A DNA stretch of 64,000 bases from Thermodesulfobacteriota bacterium (GCA_040755415.1 JBFMAZ010000022.1:64650-128649), one strand, 5' to 3'. Positions 47,361 to 57,692 are shown, numbered from the stretch's first letter. Notes: a model not told the origin generated them from the letters alone. Numbers and translations are program-made.

Positions 47361-48554
47361 CTAACTCTGTGCGCATCTATCAGAGACATGCCTTCTCCCC
47401 ATGGTCATCTGTTCTATAAATCCCTCCACTCGGACCCTGAGCTGCCCCACGTCGGATTTGGAAAAGTCTGTAACTACATGGAGAAAGGGAAGCCCATGCT
47501 TCCCTTTGACCAGCTCGGAAACTCTATATGACTCGATATTAAACGTATGGCAGAACTGCCAGGTCAGATCGATTACACCCTGGATCCGGTACTCTGATAT
47601 CAGTCGGTCTATTTGTTCAAAGCGGGAGGTATTAGGCGTCATGCATGAACAGGTGACCCGAAGATACCTTTCGGCCAGGGCTTGAATGGGATCTTCTGCT
47701 TCCTCATCCGCAAGATCGTCGAAGCGTGTTACCCCGCCGCATCCCTCCTGGCACACGACTACCCCGCCGCATTCCTCAACCAATTTCAGCACCTTATCAC
47801 ACCCGAGACTGTTTCCCAGACCGGTCCACAATATCCGTGGCCGGGCGGGGGAGCAGGCGAATTCCTTGTCCCTTATCCGTCGCTTCAGTTCAGCGAGCAG
47901 TCTAGTGAGATTTGAAACATACTCCTCGCGGTCAACGGTGTAACCGAATTTGGTGCTTGAACCCACGAGGTCCCTGCCCATAATCGGTACGGGGTGGTGT
48001 TTTCGGCAGGCGTGGATCTCTTTGAGAAGCCGGCGTTCCTTGTTGATCTGTTTGATGGCCTTCCGCAGATCCTCGTTTGAGATCATGACGCCCAATTGCC
48101 CTTCGAGAAAGACTTTCAATTTCCGCATTTCGGCTATCCAGTGTATGAGAGCATCCCTTTCGTCCGGCTTTTGCGGGAGGTCCATAACGTGTATCGGTTT
48201 TTCGCGCGCCAGGAGCTCGTACATCTTTTTCCGGCCGTCGCAGGTCGTTTCCCCCACTATGCAATCCGCAAGCGGAAATATGGGGCAGGTATTTGAGACG
48301 GACCGGCCATATGTGGCCTTGACCATCGGGCACTGATCTGCAGGGAGCACCTTTTCCGCGGCAGCAATGGGCTCTCCCGTTGTGCCGCAGAGACCTACCG
48401 GTATGGCACCCGCGGCCAGCGCCATCTCAATTGGGAAATAGGAGCACATGAACCCTACCACCTTTTTGCCTTCATCTTTCGCCATCTCCAGTTTCAGGGC
48501 GAGTTCGGTCCTTACCTCACCAATAGTCTCTTTCGGCTTCAAATCCATGACCAT
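47361..48554 (-). CDS. 2-hydroxyacyl-CoA dehydratase family protein (HgdB/BcrB/BadE-like D-component)
   Basis: 397 aa. The N-terminus KKVVGFMCSYFPIEMALAAGAIPVGLCG and conserved Cys residues are typical of the HGD-D family. Confidence 0.75.
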   Translation of the reverse strand: MVMDLKPKETIGEVRTELALKLEMAKDEGKKVVGFMCSYFPIEMALAAGAIPVGLCGTTGEPIAAAEKVLPADQCPMVKATYGRSVSNTCPIFPLADCIVGETTCDGRKKMYELLAREKPIHVMDLPQKPDERDALIHWIAEMRKLKVFLEGQLGVMISNEDLRKAIKQINKERRLLKEIHACRKHHPVPIMGRDLVGSSTKFGYTVDREEYVSNLTRLLAELKRRIRDKEFACSPARPRILWTGLGNSLGCDKVLKLVEECGGVVVCQEGCGGVTRFDDLADEEAEDPIQALAERYLRVTCSCMTPNTSRFEQIDRLISEYRIQGVIDLTWQFCHTFNIESYRVSELVKGKHGLPFLHVVTDFSKSDVGQLRVRVEGFIEQMTMGRRHVSDRCAQS

Positions 48555-49348
48555 CCTCTCCCCTCGTATTCTTCTTTCGCCACGATGGCCGCACCAAGAG
48601 CGCCCATAAGCTGCGGATCTATATCCATCTGCGCAAAACGAATACCGAGAGCGTCCTCCAGCGCCTTGCGAAGTCCCACGTTCTTGGCCACGCCACCTGC
48701 AAAAACCACCTCCGGTTGTATGCCCACGCGTGCAGCCATATTGCTTACGCGCCTGGCTATTGCGAGATGAAGGCCTGCGGTGATATTTTGCTTGGTCTCT
48801 CCCTGTGCGAGAAGCGAAATGACCTCGGACTCGGCAAAAACAGTGCAGGTGCTGTTTATCAGGCTTGGCCTTCCCGACTGGAGAAAAAACTCTCCGAGCT
48901 CATCCAATTCGAGTTCGAGCGCTCTGGCCATGACTTCTAAAAAGCGTCCGGTCCCGGCCGCACATTTATCGTTCATTACAAAATCATAGACACGGCCAGA
49001 CTCGTCCAGTCTAATTACCTTGCTGTCCTGCCCTCCGATGTCAATTACCGTTCTGGTTTCGGAATGTAGATGATAAGCCCCTTTTCCGTGACACGTAATC
49101 TCAGTGACAGTCCGGTGCGCAAACGGAAGGGCAATCCGGCCATATCCCGTGCCGACGATAAATGCTATATCTTCGGGCCGGCAAGCTGCCAGCAGGAGCG
49201 CCTGTTCAAACACTTTCTTTCCTGCCTGTTGCGGATCGGCGCCCGTGGCAATAGTGCTTTTCGCAACTATACGGCCGCGATCAACCAGCACTGCTTTGGC
49301 AGCAAGCGACCCCACATCTATGCCTGCGAAAATAGACAGATGATGCAT
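48539..49348 (-). CDS. Acyl-CoA dehydratase activase (CoA-substrate-specific enzyme activase, BadF/BadG/BcrA/BcrD ATPase)
   Basis: 269 aa. The N-terminus is GIDVGSLAAKAVLVD (phosphate-1). The ASKHA fold is present. The two Cys that bridge the 4Fe-4S cluster are conserved (…NDKCAAGTGRF…). Confidence 0.85.
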   Translation of the reverse strand: MHHLSIFAGIDVGSLAAKAVLVDRGRIVAKSTIATGADPQQAGKKVFEQALLLAACRPEDIAFIVGTGYGRIALPFAHRTVTEITCHGKGAYHLHSETRTVIDIGGQDSKVIRLDESGRVYDFVMNDKCAAGTGRFLEVMARALELELDELGEFFLQSGRPSLINSTCTVFAESEVISLLAQGETKQNITAGLHLAIARRVSNMAARVGIQPEVVFAGGVAKNVGLRKALEDALGIRFAQMDIDPQLMGALGAAIVAKEEYEGRGWSWI

Positions 49349-49871
49349 CGCACTCCTCCCAGTGCAACTGCCGCTGAGTTCCTTAAAATTCTGTTGAACT
49401 TCGTGTGCTTCCTGATGAAATCATTTGATTGCGGCTATATTGCGTTGTCTCACGAGTGAAACCCGTTTCGAATATCACACGAAAGCGGTTTCCCGGAGCC
49501 TCAAATTCACAGGCGGATATGAATCATATTGATTTAAAAAGGGAATTTAGGTAGGATAGGGGGCATGCGAAAAAGGGAATTCTCCCTCTTCGCATGCCAG
49601 GGTGGGCTACCAGTCGTTAACTTGGCCGGTTTCGCTGGTAGCCGCCCGCCTAAACTTCCCTTAGATTCTGTCTGGCTTTGCCAACGTGAATCGCTTATTA
49701 TCCCAATACAACCTATGTGTCAAATCGGAAATATCGATAGAGCTTTATGCTTAGATCGGTTATCCTTTGACTCGGGCTATTCCACGTTGCGTCCTTGACC
49801 TAACCTTCATAACTTCGCAATAGAATCAGACTTGACGGGGTGCACTGGCGCAGACTGAAGCCTGCGGCTAC

Positions 49872-49890
49872 AGCCATGTAGGGTGGGCTG
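49872..49890. repeat. 19-mer direct repeat agccatgtagggtgggctg, copy 2 of 3
   Basis: An exact match. It is immediately followed by the duplicated cysC 3' end. Confidence 0.85.
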
Positions 49891-49976
49891 AACTGATCCT
49901 GGAGACAGATAAGTACAATGTAAAGACCTGCCTGGGAAAAATCCTGGCCTACCTGAAGGAAGAATTGATAATATGA
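49891..49976 (+). other. Duplicated, diverged cysC 3' end (last 28 codons plus stop), not attached to a gene
   Basis: aactgatcctggagacagataagtacaatgtaaagacctgcctgggaaaaatcctggcctacctgaaggaagaattgataatatga aligns with 39250-39335 at about 85 percent identity. It encodes LILETDKYNVKTCLGKILAYLKEELII*. Confidence 0.85.
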
Positions 49977-50062
49977 CCGCCTTTCCCTTTACTTTTCTTA
50001 CCATTGTCATTAATAATGCGGAGAAAGAAACGATAGCAAGGCGGGATTATTGCAGTATGACA
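49977..50062. repeat. Repeat element R, left part (split copy)
   Basis: ctttacttttcttaccattgtcattaataatgcggagaaagaaacgatagcaaggcgggattattgcagtatga matches 40150-40245 and ends at gcagtatga. Confidence 0.85.
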
Positions 50063-50118
50063 GTCTCCGGATAAAAACCAAATAGGTTATTTTTCTGTAC
50101 AATACATGTTAAGCGTAG

Positions 50119-50674
<556 letters not shown>

Positions 50675-50737
50675 CTTCATGTTGGACGTCAGATTATGCA
50701 CTATAACTCGAAGTATTCGTTCAGCAGTTCCCCATAT

Positions 50738-50845
50738 CGTTAAAAGGTTCGTTTACTGCCGCAGCATGGAGGGATGCTATAGAATTCATTTCCTCCTGTC
50801 AAACATTTTGCAACGTAAGAAACAACGTCCCTATCGGTCGTGCTC
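50738..50845. repeat. Repeat element R, right part (split copy) with one arm of the 24-bp inverted repeat
   Basis: tactgccgcagcatggagggatgctatagaattcatttcctcctgtcaaacattttgcaacgtaagaaacaacgtccc matches 40225-40289. It begins at gcagcatgga. Confidence 0.85.
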
Positions 50846-50914
50846 CCATTATTTAGGCTAGCCGTGACTTGCGGATGAACAACAAAAAAACAATTCAAAA
50901 TTAAAAGGATAGTC

Positions 50915-51946
50915 ATGAAACAGAGCAATGTTTCCCCGTCGATTTCAGAATGGCGGGAACTGTACGAACAAGCAGATCGGTTCAGGGACCTGAAACCCTG
51001 GACCTGGATGTCAGATGCCGATCTTTTTGGTGTGCAGAATCCTGAGGATATGGAAATCGGGTACTGTTGCGTACTGGGTGAACTGGGAGAGGTGCTGGCA
51101 CTGGTGGTTTATCAAGGCTCCGAAGGTCTGGCCGGCTATTTAAAAATGCAATCAGGTGAATTCGATTATGAGGATCCCTCGGCCATACATCTGCAAAAAT
51201 GCCTAATGGCGTCATTCGAGGACAGAAAACACCTGACCAAAGAGGACCTGCAAATAGTAAAGGCGCTCGACCTCAAGTACAGGGGGCACCAAGCCTGGCC
51301 GCAATTCAGGAGCTATCTGCCCGGCTATCTTCCCTGGGTTTTGACCAAAGGTGAGGTAAGCTTTCTAAAGGTGGCACTGGATCAGGCCATCGAGGTATGC
51401 ATCCGGTTTCGGGAGGACCCCGGTTTTCTTGATCCGCCGGAAGAAGGCGAAGTACTGGTAAGAACCCCCGTCCCTCGAGGCAGCAAGATAGAATGGCAAA
51501 ACATTTGGATAAGGCCTCCGGCTGCAAAGCCGCGTGTCTTGCCAACCATTTCAGTCGATGAAATCCGCGTTCAAAGGATACGCAAAAACAAAGTCCTCGG
51601 CAAAGGCACCTGGGAAATTGATTTCTTCTATTTTCCGGGGTCGGTTCGGGAAGGAGAACGACCATTTTCCCCGGTAGTGTTTGCGGTTGTTGATAAGACC
51701 ACCGGGCTGATTTTGCATAACTGGATGAATCCGCCATCGGAATTGTTTGCGGACTTCCAGACGAATATTCTGGATGTCTTGAGCCGAAGCAGAACTTTGC
51801 CGAGACAGGTACTGGTGGCAAAGAGTGAAATGGGCCAGATGTTACAGCCGATTATCGCGGGACTGGGCATTGAGTTGAAGATGACTCCGCATTTGAGGGG
51901 AGTGGAACGGGTCGAAAAGGAGATGTATGCGCACTTCACCTCCTGA
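50915..51946 (+). CDS. Hypothetical protein, 343 aa, no recognised family
   Basis: It has a long ORF with coding-like composition and an AG-rich region before the ATG. The protein appears soluble with no obvious motifs. It is bounded by the R element and the third 19-mer copy. Confidence 0.5.
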   Translation: MKQSNVSPSISEWRELYEQADRFRDLKPWTWMSDADLFGVQNPEDMEIGYCCVLGELGEVLALVVYQGSEGLAGYLKMQSGEFDYEDPSAIHLQKCLMASFEDRKHLTKEDLQIVKALDLKYRGHQAWPQFRSYLPGYLPWVLTKGEVSFLKVALDQAIEVCIRFREDPGFLDPPEEGEVLVRTPVPRGSKIEWQNIWIRPPAAKPRVLPTISVDEIRVQRIRKNKVLGKGTWEIDFFYFPGSVREGERPFSPVVFAVVDKTTGLILHNWMNPPSELFADFQTNILDVLSRSRTLPRQVLVAKSEMGQMLQPIIAGLGIELKMTPHLRGVERVEKEMYAHFTS

Positions 51947-51959
51947 AGATAAAAATCTT

Positions 51960-51978
51960 AGCCATGTAGGGTGGGCTG
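51960..51978. repeat. 19-mer direct repeat agccatgtagggtgggctg, copy 3 of 3
   Basis: An exact match. Confidence 0.85.
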
Positions 51979-52053
51979 AGCCCAAATATTCTGGAAGCAC
52001 AAAGCAGCCGGAAATAGCTGTGCAATAATGGGAGAGTCGTGTATAAAGGTTAA

Positions 52054-52635
52054 ATGACTATGGGATACCTTTTAGGACTTCAGGAATATCTGAATCAGAC
52101 GTATGAGACTTCGGTCTTCGACCGGATAGTGCGTTCTAAGGAACTGTGGATTTTTCATATCCATGGCAGCCGCACAGCCAAAGCCACAGTTTTGGAGAAT
52201 TTAAGATATGACATGAAACTCGATCTGGAAGGGCAGATAGAGGATCTCCCAAAGACCCAGGTCAAGTTTCTTTACCCGGCCCACTTCTGCAAGTCTGTCG
52301 GACCTCTCATAAAAATAGACAAAAAGGTACGGGACCTTGGACTGGGGCCGATTATCTCACGGCGAAAACGTTATTTTATCAAGAATAAGTCTTTGTTTCC
52401 TTTAATGAAGGAAAAACAGGTCGTCTACTTTACCTTATTGGAAGGCGAGATCATAAGAGGCATCATTATTGATTTCAGCAGGTACGACGTCACCGTGAGT
52501 CTGAAAGGAGGCATACCAGTGACAGTGTTGCGCCATGCCGTGTACGACCTACGAAACAAAAAGGGACGGTGCTTCCTAAAGTCCGTTCAAGAAGAACAGA
52601 TGGACTGGCAAAAAAGCGAGCTTTTCGTCCCGTGA
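52054..52635 (+). CDS. Hypothetical protein with a C-terminal Hfq-like Sm domain
   Basis: 193 aa. The C-terminus is KQVVYFTLLEGEIIRGIIIDFSRYDVTVSLKGGIPVTVLRHAVYDL. This parallels the Hfq Sm1 motif ([25 protein letters not shown]) and Sm2 motif (YKHAI). The N-terminal 130 aa are of unknown function. Confidence 0.5.
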   Translation: MTMGYLLGLQEYLNQTYETSVFDRIVRSKELWIFHIHGSRTAKATVLENLRYDMKLDLEGQIEDLPKTQVKFLYPAHFCKSVGPLIKIDKKVRDLGLGPIISRRKRYFIKNKSLFPLMKEKQVVYFTLLEGEIIRGIIIDFSRYDVTVSLKGGIPVTVLRHAVYDLRNKKGRCFLKSVQEEQMDWQKSELFVP

Positions 52636-52652
52636 TGGCTTGAGTTTTACGG

Positions 52653-55600
52653 TCAGGCATAAACCGGCCTGAGCCGCACGGCGCAGACCTTATACTCGGG
52701 TATCTTGGAAACCGGGTCAACCCCGGGATTGGTAAGGAGGTTGGCGGCGGCCTCCCGGAAGTGGAAAGGCAGAAACACCGTACCCCGCTGGCACATCTCT
52801 GTAAGTGCCACCCGCACCGTTATGTTACCCCGCCTTGAGATAATGCGCACCGGAGAATGATCGTCAATATTCAGGGCAAAGGCGTCAATGGGGTTCATTT
52901 CTACCATAACCTCCGGGTACATCTTGTTTAAGCCCTCAGCGCGGCGGCTCATGGTGCCGCTATTGTAGTGATAGAGCACCCGTCCGGTAGAAAGCAAAAA
53001 TGGATAGTCATCGTCCGGCATCTCGCTGGCCGGGATCACCTCCAGGGCATGGAATAGACCTTTCCCGCGGGTAAAACCATTGCAATGCAAGACCGGCGTA
53101 CCGGGATGGTCCAACGCCGGGCAAGGCCATTGAATCCCTGTCTCTTCCAGGCGATCGTAATAAATGCCCCCATAGGTGGGCGTCAAGCTGGCTATTTCCT
53201 CCATGATCTCTTCCGGCGACTGATAGGACATCTCGTATCCCATCTTTGCCGACAGGTCACAGATAATTCTCCAATCCGGCCTGCTTTGCCCCGGAGGTGA
53301 AAGGGCCTGTCTGACCCTCTGTACCCGCCTCTCCGTATTGGTAAAAGTGCCCTCTTTCTCTGCGTAACTTGCCGCCGGCAAGACCACATCGGCCAGCCTG
53401 GCCGTCCGAGTAAGAAAGATATCCTGCACCACGAGGAATTCAAGATTCTCCAAGGCCGATCGGACATGATTAAGATCCGGGTCGCTTATCATGGGGTTCT
53501 CACCCATAATGTAAAGGCCCTTTATCTTCCCCTCGCCGGCCTGTTTTATCATCTCCGTAGCCGTAAGGCCGGGTTCCCCGGGCAGCCGGGCATCCCAGGC
53601 CTCCTCAAATTTCCGCCTGACGGCTGCATCGGCAATACTTTGATATCCGGGGAGCACGTTAGGCAAGGCCCCCATATCACAAGCGCCCTGGACGTTATTC
53701 TGCCCGCGTAGGGGATTCACCCCGCCCCCTTCGATCCCTACATTACCGCACAGCATGGCCAGGTTGGCAATAGCCTTTACATTGTCCGTGCCGCTCCGGT
53801 GCTGGGTGATACCCATACAATAGACGATGGCCGCCCGCCCCGCCTGTGCATAGAGACGGGCTGCTTTTCTGAGGTCCTCCGCCGGTATCCCGGTGATCAT
53901 CTGTACCAGCTCAGGGGTGTATTTTTCCACTGTTTGGGCAAAGGCCTCGAAGTTTTCTGTCCGCTCCCGAACATAATCCTTATCCCATAGCCCCTCTTTA
54001 ACAATCACGTGGGCCAATCCATTTAACCAGGCTATATCCGTGCCCGGCCGGGGCCGAAGATAGATATCTGCATACTGCGTCATCTTGATTACCCGGGGGT
54101 CGGCCACGATCAGCTTCTTCCGCAGCCGGGTGACCGCGCTTATGATATGCAGACTGATAACCGGGTGGTTTTCTGTAGTGTTGCTGCCTGTAAGCAGGAT
54201 AACGTCGGCCTTTTCCAAGTCCTGGATGGAATTGGTCATGGCCCCGCTGCCAAATGCGGCAGCCAGACCGGCTACCGTGGAGGAGTGTCAGAGCCGGGCG
54301 CAGTGATCTATATTATTTGTCCCAAGGACGGCCCGGGCCAGCTTTTGCATCAGATAATTTTCTTCATTGGTACATTTAGCCGAGCAGAGTACACCCAGGC
54401 CCTCCGCTCCATACGTCTCTTTGAGTTCCTTAAGTCTATCGGCAATAAGCTCCAGTGCCTCATCCCAAGTGCAGGCCTGAAGCTCGCCATCCTTGCGTAT
54501 CATGGGCCTAGTAAGCCGGTCCGGGTGTTTAATAAAATCATGCCCGAAGCGCCCTTTTACGCAGAGGTGTCCTTGATTGGGGATAAAACCTGGATCAGAA
54601 GTTACTTCTACCAGCTTCTCTCCCCGAATATTGAGAATCAGGTTACAACCAGTACCGCAATAAGGGCAAACGGTTTTAACCTGCCTCAGTTCACCGGCCA
54701 GGGATTGCTCGGTTTCCTTCTTGACCAGGGCCCCGGTCGGACAATTATCGGCACACAGGCCGCAGAACACGCAGTTGTCATTAATGGTCAGCGAAATCGC
54801 CCGCAGTTGGCCGACAGTTTCCAGTTCGCCTTCTTCCAGGTTGATAGCCTCATATTCACAGACATTCTTGCAACGCCGGCAGAGTACACATTTATTCAGG
54901 TCAATGGTTATAAAAGGATGACGGCGATCCACCTTGTAGTTGAGGCGGGTGCCAATCCCGTAATGAGAAAGATCAACATTATATTGAGGGGCCTCACGCC
55001 GAATAATGCACTTGTCCACGGCATGACACCCGCACGCGAGGCACCGCTCCGCCTCTTTCACCGCCATCTCTTCAACATAACCCGTTTCTAACTCGCCGAA
55101 GTCGCCGGCCAGGGTCTTGGGGTGGCGTATCGGCATTCTCTGCCTGGGACGTGGAGGTACTTCTTCGAAGTTCCGCAGATCGACGTCTTCAAAAAACTCG
55201 CCTTTAGTGATATTAAACGGGGTACGCGGCAACTCTATTTCCCGTTCGGTTAGATACATATGGATAGCATCGGCCGCCTTTCGCCCTTGTGCTATGGCCT
55301 CGACAACGGTGCGCGGTCCGCTGACCGCATCGCCTCCGGCAAATATCCCCTCTAAATTGGTGACAAGAGTACGGGGGGCCGCCTCGATAGTATTCCAGCG
55401 GGTAAGCCCTAGCCCTTCGGTCAGACCCTCGGCATGACATTTTCCGATCTCTACCGACTGGCCGATAGCTGCAATAACACTATCTACCTGTATCACACTT
55501 TCCGATCCAGGGACAGGCACGGGACGCCTCCGGCCGCTCTGATCCGGTTCCCCCAGCTTCATCCTCTGCACTTCGAGATTAAGGAAACCGTCGCCCGGTG

Positions 55601-56768
55601 TAATCCTGGTTGGTGCCGCCATCAGGAAAAATTTAACCCCTTCGTCTTCAGCCTCTTTGATCTCGCGGTGGCTGGCCGGCATCTCCATCCGTGACCGGCG
55701 GTAAACTATAGTCACCTCAGTCGCCCCGAGCCTGAGAGAGGTACGGGCGGCATCAATGGCGGTATTGCCCCCACCGATTACGGCCACCCTCGGCCCTACA
55801 TGAACCTCGTCACCTTCGGCAAACTTGCGGAGAAAATCAATGCCAGAAAAGACTCCGGGGAGATCTTCGCCTTCGATGCCCATGGGACGGCTCTTCCACG
55901 CCCCTATACCGATGAATATGGACTCGAACCCTTCCTGTTTCAGGCTCTCCAGAGAAAAATCCCTACCCCATTTCCGGCCGCACCTCACCTCAACGCCCAG
56001 GTCAAGGATAAATTGTATCTCGGCATCCAATATTTTCTTAGGCAAGCGGTACTCCGGGATGCCATAACGAAGCATTCCGCCCAATGCAGGCATGGCCTCG
56101 AATATGGTTAGCCGGTGCCCCTTACGGGCCAGATAGTATGCAGCGCTGAGTCCGGCCGGCCCACCTCCGATTACGGCTATCCGGTGATCGGTAGAGGGTT
56201 GCTGAGGTACAGGAATGGACTCCTTGTGTGCAAGTCCATAGTCGGCTACAAACCTCTTTAGATGATTTATCGCCACACTGCCATCTACGAGGTTGCGGCG
56301 GCAACGCGATTCACAAAATCGGGGGCAGACCCGCCCTACCGAAAGGGGCAAGGGATTTTTCTCCTTAATGAGCTCTAAGGCCTCAAGGTATCTCCCAGCC
56401 GCAATATGGGCAATATACCCCTGGATATCTATATTGGCGGGGCAGGCCAGAGAACATGGCGCTGTGCAGTCGCCATAATGTTCAGAAAACAGGAGTTCCA
56501 GGATGACCCGGCGGGCGGTCCTCACCTTTTCGGCGTTGGTGGCTACCACCATGCCTTCAGAGACCGGCGTAGCACAGGAAGCGACGAGTCTGTCTTTACC
56601 TTCTACCTCCACGACACACAGACGGCAGGAGGCCGGGGGTTTTTTGAATTGGGGTAAGTAGCAAAGGGTAGGGATGTGGATGGCAGCCCTCCGGGCTGCC
56701 TCCAGGATGGTGGTTCCTTTCTCGACGGTTACTTTTCGGCCATCAATGGTTAAGGTTACTTCAGCCAT
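52653..56768 (-). CDS. fdhA: Selenocysteine-containing formate dehydrogenase catalytic subunit, fused as 2Fe-2S + GltD-like FAD/NAD(P) + 2x[4Fe-4S] + molybdopterin domain (about 1355 aa, TGA = Sec at 54288-54290)
   Basis: The two ORF-track pieces (54288..56768 and 52653..54239) are in the same frame and are separated only by TGA. The junction reads [30 protein letters not shown]. This matches the FdhF Sec motif NVDCCARV-U-HGPSVAALH. The N-terminal part has 2Fe-2S Cys, a GltD-like domain ([19 protein letters not shown] ... [12 protein letters not shown]), ferredoxin-type CxxCxxCxxxCP motifs twice, and the MopB N-terminal CPYCGTGC. Confidence 0.85.
54240..54290 (-). promoter_or_regulatory. In-frame UGA (Sec) codon plus downstream SECIS-like hairpin
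   Basis: The mRNA reads UGA cac ucc ucc acg gua gcc ggu cug GCUGCC gcauuu GGCAGC ggg. There is a perfect 6-bp stem with a 6-nt loop starting about 24 nt after UGA, the usual spacing for bacterial SECIS. Confidence 0.6.
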
Positions 56769-56810
56769 ACCTTATACATACAATATTATTCGGGTATATG
56801 CCTTCAAAAA

Positions 56811-57692
56811 TTACACCGTCAGCCAGGAGTGAGAATAGAGCGTCTTTCCCATGAGAACCCGCGCCGTCTTATAGTACTCAAGTTCTTTTGGGCTAAGATC
56901 CTTGGCGTCAGGCTCGTTACCGTCCATCATGCCATGTACAAGCTTAACGACTTCAGTCATTCCACCTTTCGCAATGGTCAATAACTCCTCATCATAACCG
57001 TCTACTATGGCCGAATAAATCCCATACTTCATAAGCATGATAAGATAACAACGGTTGATATAAGGCCTCAGATCGTGCGGCGTCCCGTTAGAGATATTGG
57101 AAAGGCCGACAATGGATTTGGCGCCCGGGGCGATTTCCAGAAGCATGGACATAAATTCCAGCCCGGCCAGCACCTGGTTGATGTCCATGCTTATTGGAGT
57201 GGCTATGGGATCGATCCATACCTTTTCTGTAGGGATACCGGCTTCATTGGCCTTATAGACAAGGTCCACGCAGTGGGCGGCCCGCTCATTGGCGTCTCGC
57301 GGCATACCTTCCTGACTCCAGAGAAGGCCGATCATATCGGCATTATACTTAACCGCCATCGGCAAAAGGGCCTCCAGCCGTTCCGGCTGCAGGGAAATTG
57401 AATTTATAAGGGATTTACCTGGATTGGCCTTGAGACCGGCCTCAATAGCGACTGGATTGCTGGTATCCAGGGAGAGGGGCAGGTCCGTTACCGCACGTAC
57501 GGTCTTAACCAGCCAATCCATGGTCTCATCTCCACCCTTACGGGCCGGACCGATGTTGAGATCAAGATAATCCGCCCCGGCTTTAGCAAGCTCCCGGGTC
57601 ATATCCTGGATCGGCTTGGCCTGACGCTCCTTTATAGCCGCACCAATGGTCTTGGACATAATATTGATGTTTTCCGCCACACAAACAACCAT
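56811..57692 (-). CDS. acsE: 5-methyltetrahydrofolate:corrinoid/iron-sulfur protein methyltransferase (pterin-binding, AcsE/MeTr)
   Basis: Pterin-binding (DHPS-like) barrel. The N-terminus is MVVCVAENINIMSKTIGAAIKER. The start ATG at 57692 follows the RBS GGAGG by 7 nt; the ORF is open further to 57734. It is in synteny with acsC, acsB and acsD. Confidence 0.85.
   Translation of the reverse strand: MVVCVAENINIMSKTIGAAIKERQAKPIQDMTRELAKAGADYLDLNIGPARKGGDETMDWLVKTVRAVTDLPLSLDTSNPVAIEAGLKANPGKSLINSISLQPERLEALLPMAVKYNADMIGLLWSQEGMPRDANERAAHCVDLVYKANEAGIPTEKVWIDPIATPISMDINQVLAGLEFMSMLLEIAPGAKSIVGLSNISNGTPHDLRPYINRCYLIMLMKYGIYSAIVDGYDEELLTIAKGGMTEVVKLVHGMMDGNEPDAKDLSPKELEYYKTARVLMGKTLYSHSWLTV

Noticed and set aside
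49349-49871. Cobalamin riboswitch in the leader of the BtuF-like/TonB operon.
   Set aside because: I looked on the transcribed strand for the B12 box (GCCACTG context) and the conserved GGTG...AATCC elements. None were found, although strong hairpins are present.
52653-54239. Treating 52653-54239 as an independent gene starting at MTNSIQDL.
   Set aside because: The frame is open for 16 more codons upstream to a TGA. Those codons complete the canonical Fdh Sec motif, and there is no RBS ahead of the Met. It is the C-terminal part of the selenoprotein.
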